Positions 21,363 through 32,353 of a stretch of 64,000 nucleotides of DNA are shown here, piece by piece (the stretch's first letter is position 1; each line of letters starts with the position of its first letter). The stretch lies in assembly GCA_038316205.1 (NCBI GenBank), contig JBBQAI010000005.1:13449-77448 (forward strand). The letters are read 5' to 3'. The notes under the pieces were generated by a model that did not search any database, was not told where the DNA came from, and saw nothing but the letters and a program-made list of their open reading frames with translations. The position numbers and the translations under genes are program-made. Origin of the DNA: Burkholderiales bacterium. GTDB taxonomy: Bacteria; Pseudomonadota; Gammaproteobacteria; Burkholderiales; Burkholderiaceae_C.

Positions 21363-22385
21363 ATGGCCCGCATCGCCCTGGCACCCCTGACGCAATGGAT
21401 CACCGAAGCCGCGCTGGCTCACGGCGACAGCTTGCCCGCCCACCTGATGGCCAAGCTGGGTATCAGCCGGCGGCAAGCCAGCGGGGTGCTGCGCAAGCTG
21501 GTGGCCATGCAGTGGCTGGCCAGCACCGGCACGCCGCGCATGCCGCGCTACGCGCCCGGTCCGTTGCGCCAGGTGGTGCGCCGCTACGACATGGCCGGGC
21601 TGCAGGAAGACAGCCCCTGGCGGCGTGATTTCGCGCCGGTCTTCGAACTCAAACCCGACGTGCGGCGCATGGCCCAGCACGCCTTCACCGAACTGCTGAA
21701 CAACGCCGTGGACCATAGCGGCGGGCGCACCGTCACCGTGTCGATGCGTCAGACGCCGGTGCAGCTGCAGCTGCTGGTGTCGGACGACGGCCTGGGCCTG
21801 TTCGAGCGCATCGCGCGCGACTTCGCCATCGAAGACCCGACGCTGGCGATGCTGGAACTGAGCAAGGGCAAGCTGACCAGCGACCCTGAACGCCACCTGG
21901 GCCACGGGCTGTTCTTCTGCTCGCGCCTGGCCGATGTGTTCGACATCCACGCCAACGAGGCCGCCTTCCAATGTCGGGGATGGGACCGACGTCGCTGGCA
22001 CGTCGGCCGGCCGGCCGCGCGCAGCGGCACCTCGGTCTACGTCGCCATCTCGTTGGACACCCTGTGCACGCTGGACGCCGTGCTGCGCGCGCACAGCAGC
22101 AGCGACAGCAGCTACCGCTTCGAGCGCACCTCGGTACCGCTGAACCTGATCGGTTCCGGTGAGCGCGGTGAGCTCACGCTGGCCTCTCGTGCCGACGCCA
22201 AGCGCGTGGCCTCGAGGCTGTCGCAATTCAGCGTGGCTGAACTCGACTTCAACGGCATCAGCGACATCGGCCACGCCTTCGCCGACGAACTGTTCCGAGT
22301 CTTCCATCGCCAGCACCCGGCGCTGCAGCTGGTGCCCGTGGGCATGGCACCGCGCGTGGCGGCGATGGTGGCCAGCGTGGGCTGA
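21363..22385 (+). CDS. wHTH + HATPase_c + STAS-like (DUF4325) protein
   Basis: LGISRRQASGVLRKL HTH; ELLNNAVDHS N-box, DDGLG G1, GHGLFF G2; C-terminal SRADAKRV...LDFNGISDIGHAFADELF. Confidence 0.8.
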   Translation: MARIALAPLTQWITEAALAHGDSLPAHLMAKLGISRRQASGVLRKLVAMQWLASTGTPRMPRYAPGPLRQVVRRYDMAGLQEDSPWRRDFAPVFELKPDVRRMAQHAFTELLNNAVDHSGGRTVTVSMRQTPVQLQLLVSDDGLGLFERIARDFAIEDPTLAMLELSKGKLTSDPERHLGHGLFFCSRLADVFDIHANEAAFQCRGWDRRRWHVGRPAARSGTSVYVAISLDTLCTLDAVLRAHSSSDSSYRFERTSVPLNLIGSGERGELTLASRADAKRVASRLSQFSVAELDFNGISDIGHAFADELFRVFHRQHPALQLVPVGMAPRVAAMVASVG

Positions 22386-22430
22386 TCGGCGCAGCTCGGG
22401 CGTCGCTGGGTCAGCGGCGCGGTCTGACGC

Positions 22431-23861
22431 TCAACCGACCTTGCAGACCTTCAGCATGTTGGTGCCGCCGGGGTAGCCCATCGGTTCACCGCAGGTGATG
22501 GCGTAGGTGTCGCCGGGCATCAGCACTCCCTGTTCGACCAGCAGCAACTCGGCCTGTGCCAGCGCCTCGTCGCGGTCTTTGAAGGTGGGCATCAGCAGCG
22601 GCCGCACATTGCGGTACAGCGTCATGCGGCGCTGCGAATTGACCTGCGAGGTCAAGCCGTAGATCGGCACCTTGATGTTGTGCCGGCTCATCCACAGCGC
22701 CGTGCTGCCCGACTCGGTCAGCGCGATGATGACCTTGCAACCCAGGTGATGCGCCGTGAACAACGCACCCATCGCGATGCTCTGGTCGATGCGGCCAAAA
22801 CGCTTGTTCTTGAAGTCGCCGTCCAGTTCGGGCTCTTCGGCGCGCTCGGCGGCTTCGGCAATCTGCGCCATCTGCTCGACCGTCTCGACCGGGTAGCGGC
22901 CAGCCGCCGTCTCAGCGCTAAGCATCACCGCGTCGGTGCCGTCGAGCACGGCGTTGGCCACGTCGCTGACTTCAGCGCGCGTGGGCACCGGCGCCAGGAT
23001 CATGCTTTCCATCATCTGCGTGGCGGTGATGACGACCTTGTCCATCGCCAGCGCCATGCGGATCATCTTCTTTTGCAGCGCCGGCACCGCCGCGTTTCCG
23101 ACTTCAACCGCAAGGTCACCACGCGCCACCATGATGCCGTCGCTGGCGCGCAGGATGGCTTCCAGCTGCGGGATGGCTTCGCTGCGCTCGATCTTGGCGA
23201 TCAGCGCGGTCTTGTGGCGCGTCGGCTCGCCGGCCACATAGGCCAACTGGCGCGCCATTTCCATGTCGGTGGCGTTCTTCGGAAAGCTGACCGCCAGGTA
23301 CTCGGCCTGGAAGGACATCGCGGTCTTGATGTCCTCCATGTCCTTGCCCGTCAGCGCCGGCGCCGTCAGGCCCCCGCCGGCCTTGTTGATGCCCTTGTTG
23401 TTGGACAGCACACCGCCCAGCACAACGCGGGTGTGGACCTGCTCGCCGCGCACCGCCTCGACGGTGAGTCTGATGATGCCGTCGTTGAGCAGCAGCACGT
23501 CACCGGGGCGCACGTCACGCGGCAGTTCCTTGTAGTCCAGGCCGACCGCGTCGATGTCACCGGGATCCGTCCGCTCGGCGTCCAGGATGAAAGCCGCGCC
23601 GGCTTCCAGCAGCACCTTGCCATCGGTGAACTTGCCGACGCGGATCTTGGGGCCCTGCAGGTCGGCCATCAGCGCCACCGGCTTGCCCACCTTGGCAGCC
23701 ATGCTGCGCACCAGATTCGCCAGCGCGATGTGGTCTTGCGCCGTGCCGTGGCTGAAGTTCAAGCGCACCACATCGACACCGGCGCGCAACAGGCGCTCCA
23801 GCACCGCAGGGTCGCTGGAAGCCGGGCCGAGGGTGGCGACGATCTTGGTGGCGCGTGACAT
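22431..23861 (-). CDS. pyk: Pyruvate kinase
   Basis: TKIVATLGPAS, RLNFSHG, DLQGPKIR, MVARGDL, ATQMMESM, DAVMLSAETA. Confidence 0.97.
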   Translation of the reverse strand: MSRATKIVATLGPASSDPAVLERLLRAGVDVVRLNFSHGTAQDHIALANLVRSMAAKVGKPVALMADLQGPKIRVGKFTDGKVLLEAGAAFILDAERTDPGDIDAVGLDYKELPRDVRPGDVLLLNDGIIRLTVEAVRGEQVHTRVVLGGVLSNNKGINKAGGGLTAPALTGKDMEDIKTAMSFQAEYLAVSFPKNATDMEMARQLAYVAGEPTRHKTALIAKIERSEAIPQLEAILRASDGIMVARGDLAVEVGNAAVPALQKKMIRMALAMDKVVITATQMMESMILAPVPTRAEVSDVANAVLDGTDAVMLSAETAAGRYPVETVEQMAQIAEAAERAEEPELDGDFKNKRFGRIDQSIAMGALFTAHHLGCKVIIALTESGSTALWMSRHNIKVPIYGLTSQVNSQRRMTLYRNVRPLLMPTFKDRDEALAQAELLLVEQGVLMPGDTYAITCGEPMGYPGGTNMLKVCKVG

Positions 23862-23942
23862 GGGCAGGACTCCGGTAGCAGTACAGCCGACCATTATCGA
23901 CCGCACTGCCGGCACCGAATTACCGGCCAGTTACGGGCGCGC

Positions 23943-25136
23943 TCAGCCGGCGGCGCGTTTCGCCAGAATTTCAAAAGCCGGCAAGGTCTTGCCTTCCAGC
24001 ACTTCAAGAAAGGCGCCGCCGCCGGTGCTGATGTAGCCGACATCCTTTTCGATGCCGTATTTGGCGATGGCCGCCAGCGTGTCGCCGCCGCCGGCGATGC
24101 TGAAGGCCGTGCTGGCCGCGATGGCCCGCGCGATGGCTTCGGTGCCATGCGAAAAGGCTTCGAACTCGAAGACGCCCACGGGACCATTCCAGACGATGGT
24201 GCCGGCCGCCATCAACTGCGCGGCCAGGATCGCCGAAGTCTGGGGGCCAATGTCCAAAATCAGGTCGTCGTCGGCCACATCGGTGGCGGCTTTCACCGTC
24301 GCGGCCGCGTCGGCGCTGAAGGTCTTGGCGGTGACCACGTCCACCGGTATCGGCACGGCCGCGCCGCGCGCCTTCATCGCTTCGATGACAGCCTTCGCCT
24401 GATCGATCAAATCGGGTTCGGCCAGGCTTTTTCCGATCTTCAAACCGGCGGCCAACATGAAGGTGTTGGCGATGCCGCCGCCCACGATCAGCCCATCGAC
24501 CTTCTCGGACAAGGCCTTCAAGATCGTCAGTTTGCTGCTGACCTTGCTGCCCGCGACGATGGCGATGAGTGGGCGCTTGGGGTGCGCCAGCGCCTGGGTG
24601 ATGGCGTCGATCTCGGCCGACAGCAGCGGGCCGGCGCAGGCGATGGGCGCGTACTGCGCGATGCCATAAGTGCTGGCCTCGGCGCGGTGCGCGGTGCCGA
24701 AAGCGTCGTGCACGAAGATGTCGCACAGCGCGGCCATCTTGCGGGATAACGCTTCGTTGTTCTTCTTCTCGCCCTTGTTGAGGCGGCAGTTTTCCAGCAG
24801 CACGACCTGGCCCGGCGCGACGCTCACGCCGTCAACCCAGTTCGAGACCAGCGGCACGGCGCAACCCAACAATTCAGCCAGGCGCGCGGCCACCGGAGCC
24901 AGGCTGTCTTCAGGCTTGAATTCGCCCTCGGTGGGCCGGCCCAGGTGGCTGGTGACCATCACTGCCGCGCCGGCGTCCAGCGCCATGCGGATACAGGGCA
25001 CGCTGGCGCGGATGCGGGTGTCTTCGGTGATGTTGCCAGCGTCATCCTGCGGTACGTTGAGGTCGGCACGGATCAACACGCGGCGGCCGGCCACACGGCC
25101 CTGGGCGATCAGATCGGCGAAGCGCAAAACTTTCAC
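23943..25136 (-). CDS. pgk: Phosphoglycerate kinase
   Basis: [44 protein letters not shown]. Confidence 0.98.
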   Translation of the reverse strand: MKVLRFADLIAQGRVAGRRVLIRADLNVPQDDAGNITEDTRIRASVPCIRMALDAGAAVMVTSHLGRPTEGEFKPEDSLAPVAARLAELLGCAVPLVSNWVDGVSVAPGQVVLLENCRLNKGEKKNNEALSRKMAALCDIFVHDAFGTAHRAEASTYGIAQYAPIACAGPLLSAEIDAITQALAHPKRPLIAIVAGSKVSSKLTILKALSEKVDGLIVGGGIANTFMLAAGLKIGKSLAEPDLIDQAKAVIEAMKARGAAVPIPVDVVTAKTFSADAAATVKAATDVADDDLILDIGPQTSAILAAQLMAAGTIVWNGPVGVFEFEAFSHGTEAIARAIAASTAFSIAGGGDTLAAIAKYGIEKDVGYISTGGGAFLEVLEGKTLPAFEILAKRAAG

Positions 25137-25180
25137 GGCGGTCTCCTGATTTTTTATCTGGCGCTGATTCTAGGGAGCGC

Positions 25181-25519
25181 CTACCAGCCCAAGCCCAACC
25201 GCAACGGCAGCAACACCGCCATGCCGACGACGATGGTGCCCAGGATGCCGCGCCGCCACCAGAACCAGGCCGCGCCGGCCGCAGCACCGAACAAGCGGGC
25301 GTCTTGCCAGGTGTGGATGAGGTGGCCCTGCTGCATCACCACCTCGGGCACCACCACCGCCGCCAAGGCCGCCAGCGGCGCATAACGCAAGCCCTGGCGC
25401 AGCCATTCGGGGATCGGGATTTCGCGCTCGCTGAGGAAGAAGAAACCCCGCGTCAGCACCGTCAGCGCGGTCAGGCCCAGCACGATGAGCACGCCTTCGA
25501 ATGCGCCGTAGGTGTTCAC
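25181..25519 (-). CDS. azlD: AzlD-family membrane protein
   Basis: GTG overlapping the azlC stop; LTRGFFF...LRYAPLAALAAVV; small hydrophobic protein. Confidence 0.85.
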   Translation of the reverse strand: MNTYGAFEGVLIVLGLTALTVLTRGFFFLSEREIPIPEWLRQGLRYAPLAALAAVVVPEVVMQQGHLIHTWQDARLFGAAAGAAWFWWRRGILGTIVVGMAVLLPLRLGLGW

Positions 25520-26292
25520 GTGCGGTCGTCCAGCGGCAGCGGCGCACGCGGCCGCGTGTGGTCGATCAACAGGCCCATCGCCACCGCGGCCGCTATGGCC
25601 ACCACGATGTTCAATTTGTAGGGCAGCGCAAAGGCCGCCACAGCGGCGCAAGCCGCCACGCCTCCAGCCACCGCCGTGCCCCGGCCGGTGATCAGCGAGG
25701 CGCCCACGCCCAACAAGGCCAGCGTGCCGGCGAAGCCGAATCCCCAGTGCACGGGCACGGCATCGGCCAGGAAGATGCCCAGCATCGAAGGCACCTGCCA
25801 GGCCGTCCAGTTGCAGGCCACGCCGCCCCAGAAGTACGGCAGTTGTTCGGGCGCCGGGCGTGGCTCCGGGAAGCGGCGCATGAACATGACGTAATTCAAG
25901 TCGGCCGTGAAATAGGCCAAGCGCAGGCGCTGGTGCCAGGGGTAGCCGATGAAGTAGGGCCGCCAGATCGCGCTGAAGATCATGAAGCGCAGGTTCACGC
26001 ACAGGGCCGTGGCCCAGACCACCCAGGCCGGTGCGCCGCCGACCATCAGCGGCAGCACCGCCAGTTGCGCGCTGCCGGCAAAGACCAGCAGCGACATCAG
26101 TGCCATCAGCGGCAGCGGCAGGCCGCTCTTGCCCATGGCCACGCCGGTGATCAGCCCCCAGGCGGCGATGCCGATGGCGGTGCCGAACATCTCACGGGCG
26201 CCGCGGGCGAATTCGGGATGGCGCCAGATCGGCGCGGCCGATGCGGCGGATGCGGCGGATGCGTCAGGATCGTCAGGAGCGTCAGGGTTCAC
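25516..26292 (-). CDS. azlC: AzlC-family branched-chain amino acid exporter permease
   Basis: MSLLVFAGSAQ, VNLRF motifs. Confidence 0.9.
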   Translation of the reverse strand: MNPDAPDDPDASAASAASAAPIWRHPEFARGAREMFGTAIGIAAWGLITGVAMGKSGLPLPLMALMSLLVFAGSAQLAVLPLMVGGAPAWVVWATALCVNLRFMIFSAIWRPYFIGYPWHQRLRLAYFTADLNYVMFMRRFPEPRPAPEQLPYFWGGVACNWTAWQVPSMLGIFLADAVPVHWGFGFAGTLALLGVGASLITGRGTAVAGGVAACAAVAAFALPYKLNIVVAIAAAVAMGLLIDHTRPRAPLPLDDRT

Positions 26293-26348
26293 CCGCGCAT
26301 TGTCGCCAGCCGCTGTCGTCCAGCGGCCACGGGTTCAGCGGCCTGCGC

Positions 26349-27083
26349 TCAGCGGCGATTGATGCTGCCGCTACCGGCCACTTTGCTCTTGACAGTCGCG
26401 TTGCCCGTGTAGGTCACGTTACCGCTGCCGGCGATGCGCACGTTCAACGTCTTCTGCGCGTTGATGAGTGCGTCGCCGCTGCCGGCGATCTGCACGTCCA
26501 CGTCGTCGGAGCGCAGATCGGCCAGGTGCACGTCGCCGCTGCCCGCAATGTTCACCGACATCTTGGCGGCGTTACCCTTGCCGCTGACATCGCCGCTGCC
26601 AGCGATGCGGATGCTGAGGTCCTCGGTGCTCAGACCATTGAGCTTGGCGTCGCCCGAACCGGACAGCGAAACCAGCAGGGCCGAAGTGGTGAAGCTTTCC
26701 AGCTGGAAGTCGCCCGAGCCCGAGGCCACCAGGGCACTGAGCTTGGGCACGCTGATGGTCAGCATCACCTTGGCCCGCGTGTAGATGTTTTCACCGCGCT
26801 TCCAGCGCACCACCAAGGTCGAACCGTAGCGCGTGGTTTCGACCGAGGTTTCCAGCAGCGCCAGCAGGTTGTCGTCGGCCTGCACTTGCAGTTGCTGGGT
26901 GCTTTGGCGGATCACGGCGTCCATCGAACCGGCCAAGGTGACGGCCTGGAACTCGGCCACGTTGCGGGTCTCGGTGGCGCTGTGGCCCGAGCCCGAAGTG
27001 GCGGCCTGCGACTGCACCGGCGCGAAGGCCAGGCTGAGCAGCAGAGGAACAGCGAAAAGGGCGTTGCGGCGCAGGGCATACAT
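26349..27083 (-). CDS. Secreted GIN/DUF2807 beta-helix protein (putative autotransporter adhesin head-like)
   Basis: Signal peptide; GSGHSATETR; ADDNLL; repeated I/LxGSGD units. Confidence 0.85.
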   Translation of the reverse strand: MYALRRNALFAVPLLLSLAFAPVQSQAATSGSGHSATETRNVAEFQAVTLAGSMDAVIRQSTQQLQVQADDNLLALLETSVETTRYGSTLVVRWKRGENIYTRAKVMLTISVPKLSALVASGSGDFQLESFTTSALLVSLSGSGDAKLNGLSTEDLSIRIAGSGDVSGKGNAAKMSVNIAGSGDVHLADLRSDDVDVQIAGSGDALINAQKTLNVRIAGSGNVTYTGNATVKSKVAGSGSINRR

Positions 27084-27265
27084 GGCGGGCTTTCGGTGGA
27101 GTGGAGCGGATGCCCGCACTGTGCCGCGCCAGCGGGTGCGCCCCAAGTGGCGCGCGACGCATGGCCGCTGGCGCCGATGAAATGCGATACAGCGCCCTCA
27201 AACGAACCCAGCGCCGCAGGCCGACCGGCTTGGCGGCGGCACTGGCCTCAGTGGCTTCAGTCGCC

Positions 27266-27655
27266 TCAGTGGCCCTTGGCCGCCACCTTGGCGGCGGCCT
27301 TGCCTGGCTTGCCGGCCTTGTCGGCCTTGGCGTCGGCCGGCGCGTCTTCATCGGCCTCGGCGGTGGGCGGCGGCTTGGGAGGCTCTGGCGGCGGCAGCAT
27401 GGCGTCGATCTTGTTCTCGCGCATGTAGTCGTTCATCTCGCGCCAGCCGGCAAACACGGCGGCCTTGTCGGCCTTCTTGTTGTTGCCGTAGCAGACCTCG
27501 ACCGAACGCCCGGCATGGCGGCAACCCGCACCGACAGCCTTGCCCTCGGCCTCGCGACGGGCCGCCATGGCGGTGGTCGATTCGATGCCCAGCTGATCGC
27601 AAGCGGCGAGCAGCAAAGGCATCAGCAGGAGGAGGGCGTGGGCGGGGTGGCGCAT
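27266..27655 (-). CDS. Conserved hypothetical lipoprotein
   Basis: Lipobox LAAC; EGKAVGAGCRHAGRSVEVCY...GWREMNDYMRENKI; typical neighbour of fmt. Confidence 0.8.
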   Translation of the reverse strand: MRHPAHALLLLMPLLLAACDQLGIESTTAMAARREAEGKAVGAGCRHAGRSVEVCYGNNKKADKAAVFAGWREMNDYMRENKIDAMLPPPEPPKPPPTAEADEDAPADAKADKAGKPGKAAAKVAAKGH

Positions 27656-27731
27656 GGACAAGGGGCGGAGATGACCGGGATATCGGCCATCACCCCCTGC
27701 GCTTGAGCCAACCTGGTCGGGCAATTGCGGA

Positions 27732-28679
27732 TCAGCCCCCAGCCGGCGCTTGGCGCTGCAGAAATTCTCGTGAGGACATGCGCCGTCCACCGGCGCGTTG
27801 CACGTCCAGCAATTCCAGCGCGCCGGTGCCGCAGCCGACCCACAAGCGGCCCTCGCCGGATGGCAGGACCGCGCCGGGCGCGCCGGAACCCGCCACGGCC
27901 TGAGCGCGCCAGACCTTGATCGCCTCGCCGCCGATCTCGGCCGTACAGCCCGGGAAGGGGTCGAACGCACGGACGCGGCGGGCCAGCGTTTCGGCGGGCT
28001 GTGACCAGTCGATGGCGGCCTCGGCCTTGGCGATCTTGTGGGCATAGCTGGTGCCCTCAGCCGGCTGCCGCACCGGTCGCAAAACACCCTGCGCCAGCTG
28101 TTCCAGCGTTTGCAGCAGCAAGCGCGCGCCCATTGCGGCCAGGCGGTCGTGCAAGGCGCCGGTGGTCTCGTCGGCGGCGATGGCGGTGGACTCGACCAGC
28201 AGCATGTCGCCGGTGTCCAGCCCCGCGTCCATCTGCATGATGGTGATGCCGGTGCGCGCATCGCCGGCTTCGATGGCGCGGTGGATGGGCGCCGCTCCGC
28301 GCCAACGCGGCAGCAGCGAACCGTGGATGTTCAGGCAGCCGTGGCGCGGCGTGGCCAGCACCCAGGCGGGCAGGATCAAACCGTAGGCCGCCACCACCAG
28401 CACGTCCAGATCGGCGGCTTGCAGCGCGGCCTGGGCCGCCTGCGCGTCTGCGGGGAATTTGCCGTCCAGGCGCAGGCTGCGCGGCTGAGCCACCGCGATG
28501 CCGTGCTGCAGAGCCAGTTGCTTGACGGCCGAAGCCTGCAGCTTCATGCCCCGCCCCGCCGGGCGGTCGGGCTGGGTCAAGACCAGCGGAACGGTGTGCC
28601 CGGCAGCGATGACCGCGGCCAGCGCCACCTGGGCGAATTCGGGCGTGCCGGCAAAGCCGACCCTGAGCACAGCGGCCAT
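27732..28679 (-). CDS. fmt: Methionyl-tRNA formyltransferase
   Basis: [36 protein letters not shown]. Confidence 0.97.
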   Translation of the reverse strand: MAAVLRVGFAGTPEFAQVALAAVIAAGHTVPLVLTQPDRPAGRGMKLQASAVKQLALQHGIAVAQPRSLRLDGKFPADAQAAQAALQAADLDVLVVAAYGLILPAWVLATPRHGCLNIHGSLLPRWRGAAPIHRAIEAGDARTGITIMQMDAGLDTGDMLLVESTAIAADETTGALHDRLAAMGARLLLQTLEQLAQGVLRPVRQPAEGTSYAHKIAKAEAAIDWSQPAETLARRVRAFDPFPGCTAEIGGEAIKVWRAQAVAGSGAPGAVLPSGEGRLWVGCGTGALELLDVQRAGGRRMSSREFLQRQAPAGG

Positions 28680-29195
28680 TCAGCCGCCGCGTTCTTCGTC
28701 GCGCGTCTTTTTGAGCATCTTGGTCTTGATGCGGGTGCGTTTGAGCAGGCTCAGGTATTCGACGAAAACTTTGCCGACCAGGTGGTCCATCTCGTGCTGC
28801 ACGCAGACCGCCGCCAGGTCTTCGACCTCCATCTCAAAGATCTGGCCTGCGCGGTTCAGCGCCCGCACGGTGACCTTGGCGTGGCGCTCGACGCGGTCGT
28901 AGACCAGCGGCACCGACAGGCAGCCCTCTTCAGAAATCAGCATCTCTTCGCTGCGCGCGATCAGTTCGGGGTTGATCAGCACGATGGGCTGGTCATGCTG
29001 TTCTGACGTGTCCATCACGATCAGCCGCTCGTGCACGTCCACCTGCGTGGCGGCCAGGCCCACGCCATCGGACGCGTACATGGTTTCGATCATGTCGTCG
29101 GCCAGTTGCTGGATGCGCGCGTCGACGGCCGCCACGCTGCGGGCCACCGTGTGCAGGCGGGGATCGGGATAACGCAGGATGGGCAGTCGGGCCAT
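28680..29195 (-). CDS. def: Peptide deformylase
   Basis: [20 protein letters not shown]. Confidence 0.98.
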   Translation of the reverse strand: MARLPILRYPDPRLHTVARSVAAVDARIQQLADDMIETMYASDGVGLAATQVDVHERLIVMDTSEQHDQPIVLINPELIARSEEMLISEEGCLSVPLVYDRVERHAKVTVRALNRAGQIFEMEVEDLAAVCVQHEMDHLVGKVFVEYLSLLKRTRIKTKMLKKTRDEERGG

Positions 29196-29472
29196 GGCGG
29201 GGTGTGCACAGAGCAGTGATGAAGGCAGCGAAACAGCTCGCTACAGCTGTGGAAAGTGCGCAACGGCAGGGCACAGCTGAGGCCACTGTGCAGGGCACCC
29301 GGGGCGCAGGTTTCGTTGCGGCATCAAGGGTTTACAGGCAAAATCTGTGAAACCATATGAGCATTGTCGCCGCACGCTCCTGTCCTTACCCGGCTGGGGC
29401 TGAACGCCTTCCGTGAGGCGGTATTTTGGCATCCGCCACGGCACTGCATCCTGCCCCGGAGACTGAAGCGTC

Positions 29473-30663
29473 ATGACCATCCGCGTTCGCACCATCCGCG
29501 TTCGCAGCAGCCTGGGCATGGCCCGGCTCGCGGCCACAGCCTTTATCGCTGTCAGCGCCCTGCCCGGCATGGCGCTGGCGCAGGCCAATCTACCCATCAC
29601 TCCCGCCATGCGCGACACCGCACAGCGGGTGGCCCAGGCTGGCGTGCCGCTGGCCGATCTGGCGCCCAACGCCCCCGACTTGCACACCGTGCAGCGCGGC
29701 GACACGCTGTGGGGCATCTCCTCGTTGTTCCTGAAGTCGGCGTGGCGCTGGCCCGAGCTGTGGGGGATGAACCTCGACCAAATCCGCAACCCGCACCTGA
29801 TCTACCCCGGCCAGGTGCTGGTACTGGAAAAGTTGGACGGACGCGCCACCTTGCGCGTCGGCGGCAACAACGGCGGGGTGCCCACCAACACCGTGAGGCT
29901 GTCACCGCGCACGCGCAGCGAGTTGCTGGACAACGGCGCGATCGCGTCCATTCCGCTGAACCTGATCGGCCCGTTCTTGAACGAGGCGGTCGTCTTCGAC
30001 GACAACAACCTCGACGCCGCACCGCGCATCGTGGCCACCCAGGAAGGCCGCGTGATGGTGTCGCGCGGCGAAACCGCCTACGTGCGCGGTGACCTGGCCG
30101 GTGCCCGCGATTTCCGCATTTTCCGCGAACTTGTGCCCATGCTGGACCCGCTCACGCGCGAAGTGCTGGGCTTCGAAGGCCGCTACGTCGGCACCACCGA
30201 ATTCGTCCGCAGCGGCGAGGTGCAGCGGGCCGCCAGCGGCAAGGGCGTGGTCGTGCCCGACACCTTCCGCATCACGAGCACCCGACTCGAAGCCGGCGTG
30301 GGTGACCGCCTGTCGCCGGTGCCGCAGCAGGAACTGGTGTCTTACACCCCGCACCCGCCGGCCGGCGCGGTCGATGGCCGCATCGTTTCGGTCTACGGCG
30401 ACGGCCTGAAGGCCGGGCAGAACCAGGTCGTGGCCATCAACCGGGGCACGCGCGACGGCATGGAGCGCGGCCATGTGCTGGCCTTGTGGCGTGCCGGCGT
30501 CGAAGCCGTGGACAACACCGAGGGCCGCAAGGTGGCCATGCGCCTGCCCGACGAGCGACACGGCCTGCTGTTCGTCTTCCGTACCTTCAGCCGCGTGTCT
30601 TACGCGCTCATCCTGACCGTGCAAGAACCGGTGCGCGCAGGCGACCGTTTTTCGCAGCCCTGA
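29473..30663 (+). CDS. LysM peptidoglycan-binding protein (TsaP-like); start may be ATG 29518
   Basis: HTVQRGDTLWGIS...WPELW...NPHLIYPG; conserved def-LysM-dprA-smg synteny. Confidence 0.9.
   Translation: MTIRVRTIRVRSSLGMARLAATAFIAVSALPGMALAQANLPITPAMRDTAQRVAQAGVPLADLAPNAPDLHTVQRGDTLWGISSLFLKSAWRWPELWGMNLDQIRNPHLIYPGQVLVLEKLDGRATLRVGGNNGGVPTNTVRLSPRTRSELLDNGAIASIPLNLIGPFLNEAVVFDDNNLDAAPRIVATQEGRVMVSRGETAYVRGDLAGARDFRIFRELVPMLDPLTREVLGFEGRYVGTTEFVRSGEVQRAASGKGVVVPDTFRITSTRLEAGVGDRLSPVPQQELVSYTPHPPAGAVDGRIVSVYGDGLKAGQNQVVAINRGTRDGMERGHVLALWRAGVEAVDNTEGRKVAMRLPDERHGLLFVFRTFSRVSYALILTVQEPVRAGDRFSQP
29476..29505 (+). repeat. Perfect 15-bp tandem duplication ACCATCCGCGTTCGC x2
   Basis: Read directly; encodes TIRVR-TIRVR. 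Confidence 0.9.
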
Positions 30664-30718
30664 AGCGCAGTCAGGCGCTGCCCTGGCCGCCTGACTGCGC
30701 CCCACCCGGCCCCGCGCG

Positions 30719-31834
30719 GTGCTGATGAACGACACTGAATTCGCCGCCTGGCTGCGGCTGCTGGAAACGCCCGGTCTGGGTCGTGGCACCGCGCGCCGCC
30801 TGCTCGCCGCCTGCGGTTCACCCGAAGCCGTGCTGGCCGCGCCGCCGGGCACGCTGCGCGCGCTGGCCGGTGCCACCGTCGCACAGGCGCTGTCGGACCT
30901 GCCGCCTCTGTTTGCGCAACGCCTGGCCGCCGCGCAGGCCTGGCGCGCGGCCTCGGCCGAACACCACGTGCTGACCTTGGGTGACGACGCTTGGCCGCCC
31001 GCGCTGCTGCAGGCCGCCGACCCGCCGCTGTTGCTGTACGTTCGCGGCGACCCGGGCATGCTGTCGCGGCCCAGCCTGGCCATCGTCGGCAGCCGCCAAG
31101 CCACCGCCCAGGGCAAGGACAACGCGCGGGCCTTCGCGCAGGCACTGGGCGAACAAGGCTACGTCGTGGTGTCGGGCCTTGCGCAGGGCATCGACGCCGC
31201 CGCCCACGAAGGCGCGCTGGCCGGCCCCGCCGGGACCATCGCGGTGGTGGGCACGGGCCTGGACCGCAACTACCCGCCGCGCCACGCCGACCTGGCCGCG
31301 CGCATCGCCGCACAGGGCGCTTTGGTCAGCGAATACGCGCCGGGGACACCGCCGCTGCCCGAGCACTTTCCGCAGCGCAACCGCATCATCGCCGGGCTGA
31401 CCCAGGGCACGCTGGTCGTCGAAGCGGCGCTGCGTTCGGGCTCGCTGATCACCGCGCGCCAGGCCAGCGAGGCCGGCCGCGAGGTCTTCGCCATCCCTGG
31501 TTCCATACACGCGCCGCAGGCCAAGGGTTGCCATGCCTTGATCAAGCAGGGTGCCAAGCTGGTGGAATCTGCCGAGGACATCCTGGAAGAGTTGCTGGGC
31601 GCGGCCGCGCCCCGGCAAACCAGCTTGGCATTGACCGCCGCAGCCGCCAGCGAAGCCACGCATACCGACCCGCTGCTGGACGCGTTGGGTCCCGACCCGG
31701 TGACGTTGGACGCGCTGCAGGCGCGCACTGGTTGGCCCACGTCCGAGCTCCTGGCCAAGCTCCTGGAATTCGAGTTGGCCGGCCAGGTGGCGCGCCTCCC
31801 AGGCGGCCTGTACCAACGGCGGTTCGTCGGCTGA
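30719..31834 (+). CDS. dprA: DNA-processing protein DprA
   Basis: AIVGSR, VSGLAQGID, FPQRNRII, VVEAALRSGSLITA, LIKQGAKLV. Confidence 0.96.
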   Translation: MLMNDTEFAAWLRLLETPGLGRGTARRLLAACGSPEAVLAAPPGTLRALAGATVAQALSDLPPLFAQRLAAAQAWRAASAEHHVLTLGDDAWPPALLQAADPPLLLYVRGDPGMLSRPSLAIVGSRQATAQGKDNARAFAQALGEQGYVVVSGLAQGIDAAAHEGALAGPAGTIAVVGTGLDRNYPPRHADLAARIAAQGALVSEYAPGTPPLPEHFPQRNRIIAGLTQGTLVVEAALRSGSLITARQASEAGREVFAIPGSIHAPQAKGCHALIKQGAKLVESAEDILEELLGAAAPRQTSLALTAAAASEATHTDPLLDALGPDPVTLDALQARTGWPTSELLAKLLEFELAGQVARLPGGLYQRRFVG

Positions 31835-31900
31835 TGCCTGCCGGTGGGTTTGAAACCGGAGCCGCGTAGGGCCCGCCAGCGCCTCGGGTATAGTGAATTC

Positions 31901-32353
31901 ATGTTCGAAGTACTGGTCTATCTCTACGAGAACTACTGGCGCCCGGATGCCTGTCCGGAAACCAAGCAGCTCAAACGCAAACTCTCCGCTGTGGGCTTCG
32001 AACCCGAAGAAATCCAGGACGCGCTGCGCTGGCTCGACGGCTTGGCCAACAGTGCCGAGGCCGTCACTGGCACGCCCGTACAGGGCAGCATGCGCATCTA
32101 CACCGACGACGAGCGCCTGGTGCTAGACGAGGCTTCGGTGGGCTTCATCACCTTCCTCGAATCGGCCGGCGTGTTGCCGGCGCCGATGCGCGAAATGGTC
32201 ATCGACCGCGCCGTGGCTGTCGGTGCCGGCACGATGGACCTGGAAGACCTCAAGATCATCGTGTTGATGGTCTTCTGGAGCCTGGGCGAGGAGCCCGACG
32301 CGCTGATCTTGGACGAGTTGTTCGTCGATCCCCAGGACCGCCTTCTGCACTAG
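31901..32353 (+). CDS. smg: Smg / DUF494 protein
   Basis: MFEVLVYLYENY...AVGFEPEEIQDALRWL; follows dprA. Confidence 0.92.
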   Translation: MFEVLVYLYENYWRPDACPETKQLKRKLSAVGFEPEEIQDALRWLDGLANSAEAVTGTPVQGSMRIYTDDERLVLDEASVGFITFLESAGVLPAPMREMVIDRAVAVGAGTMDLEDLKIIVLMVFWSLGEEPDALILDELFVDPQDRLLH

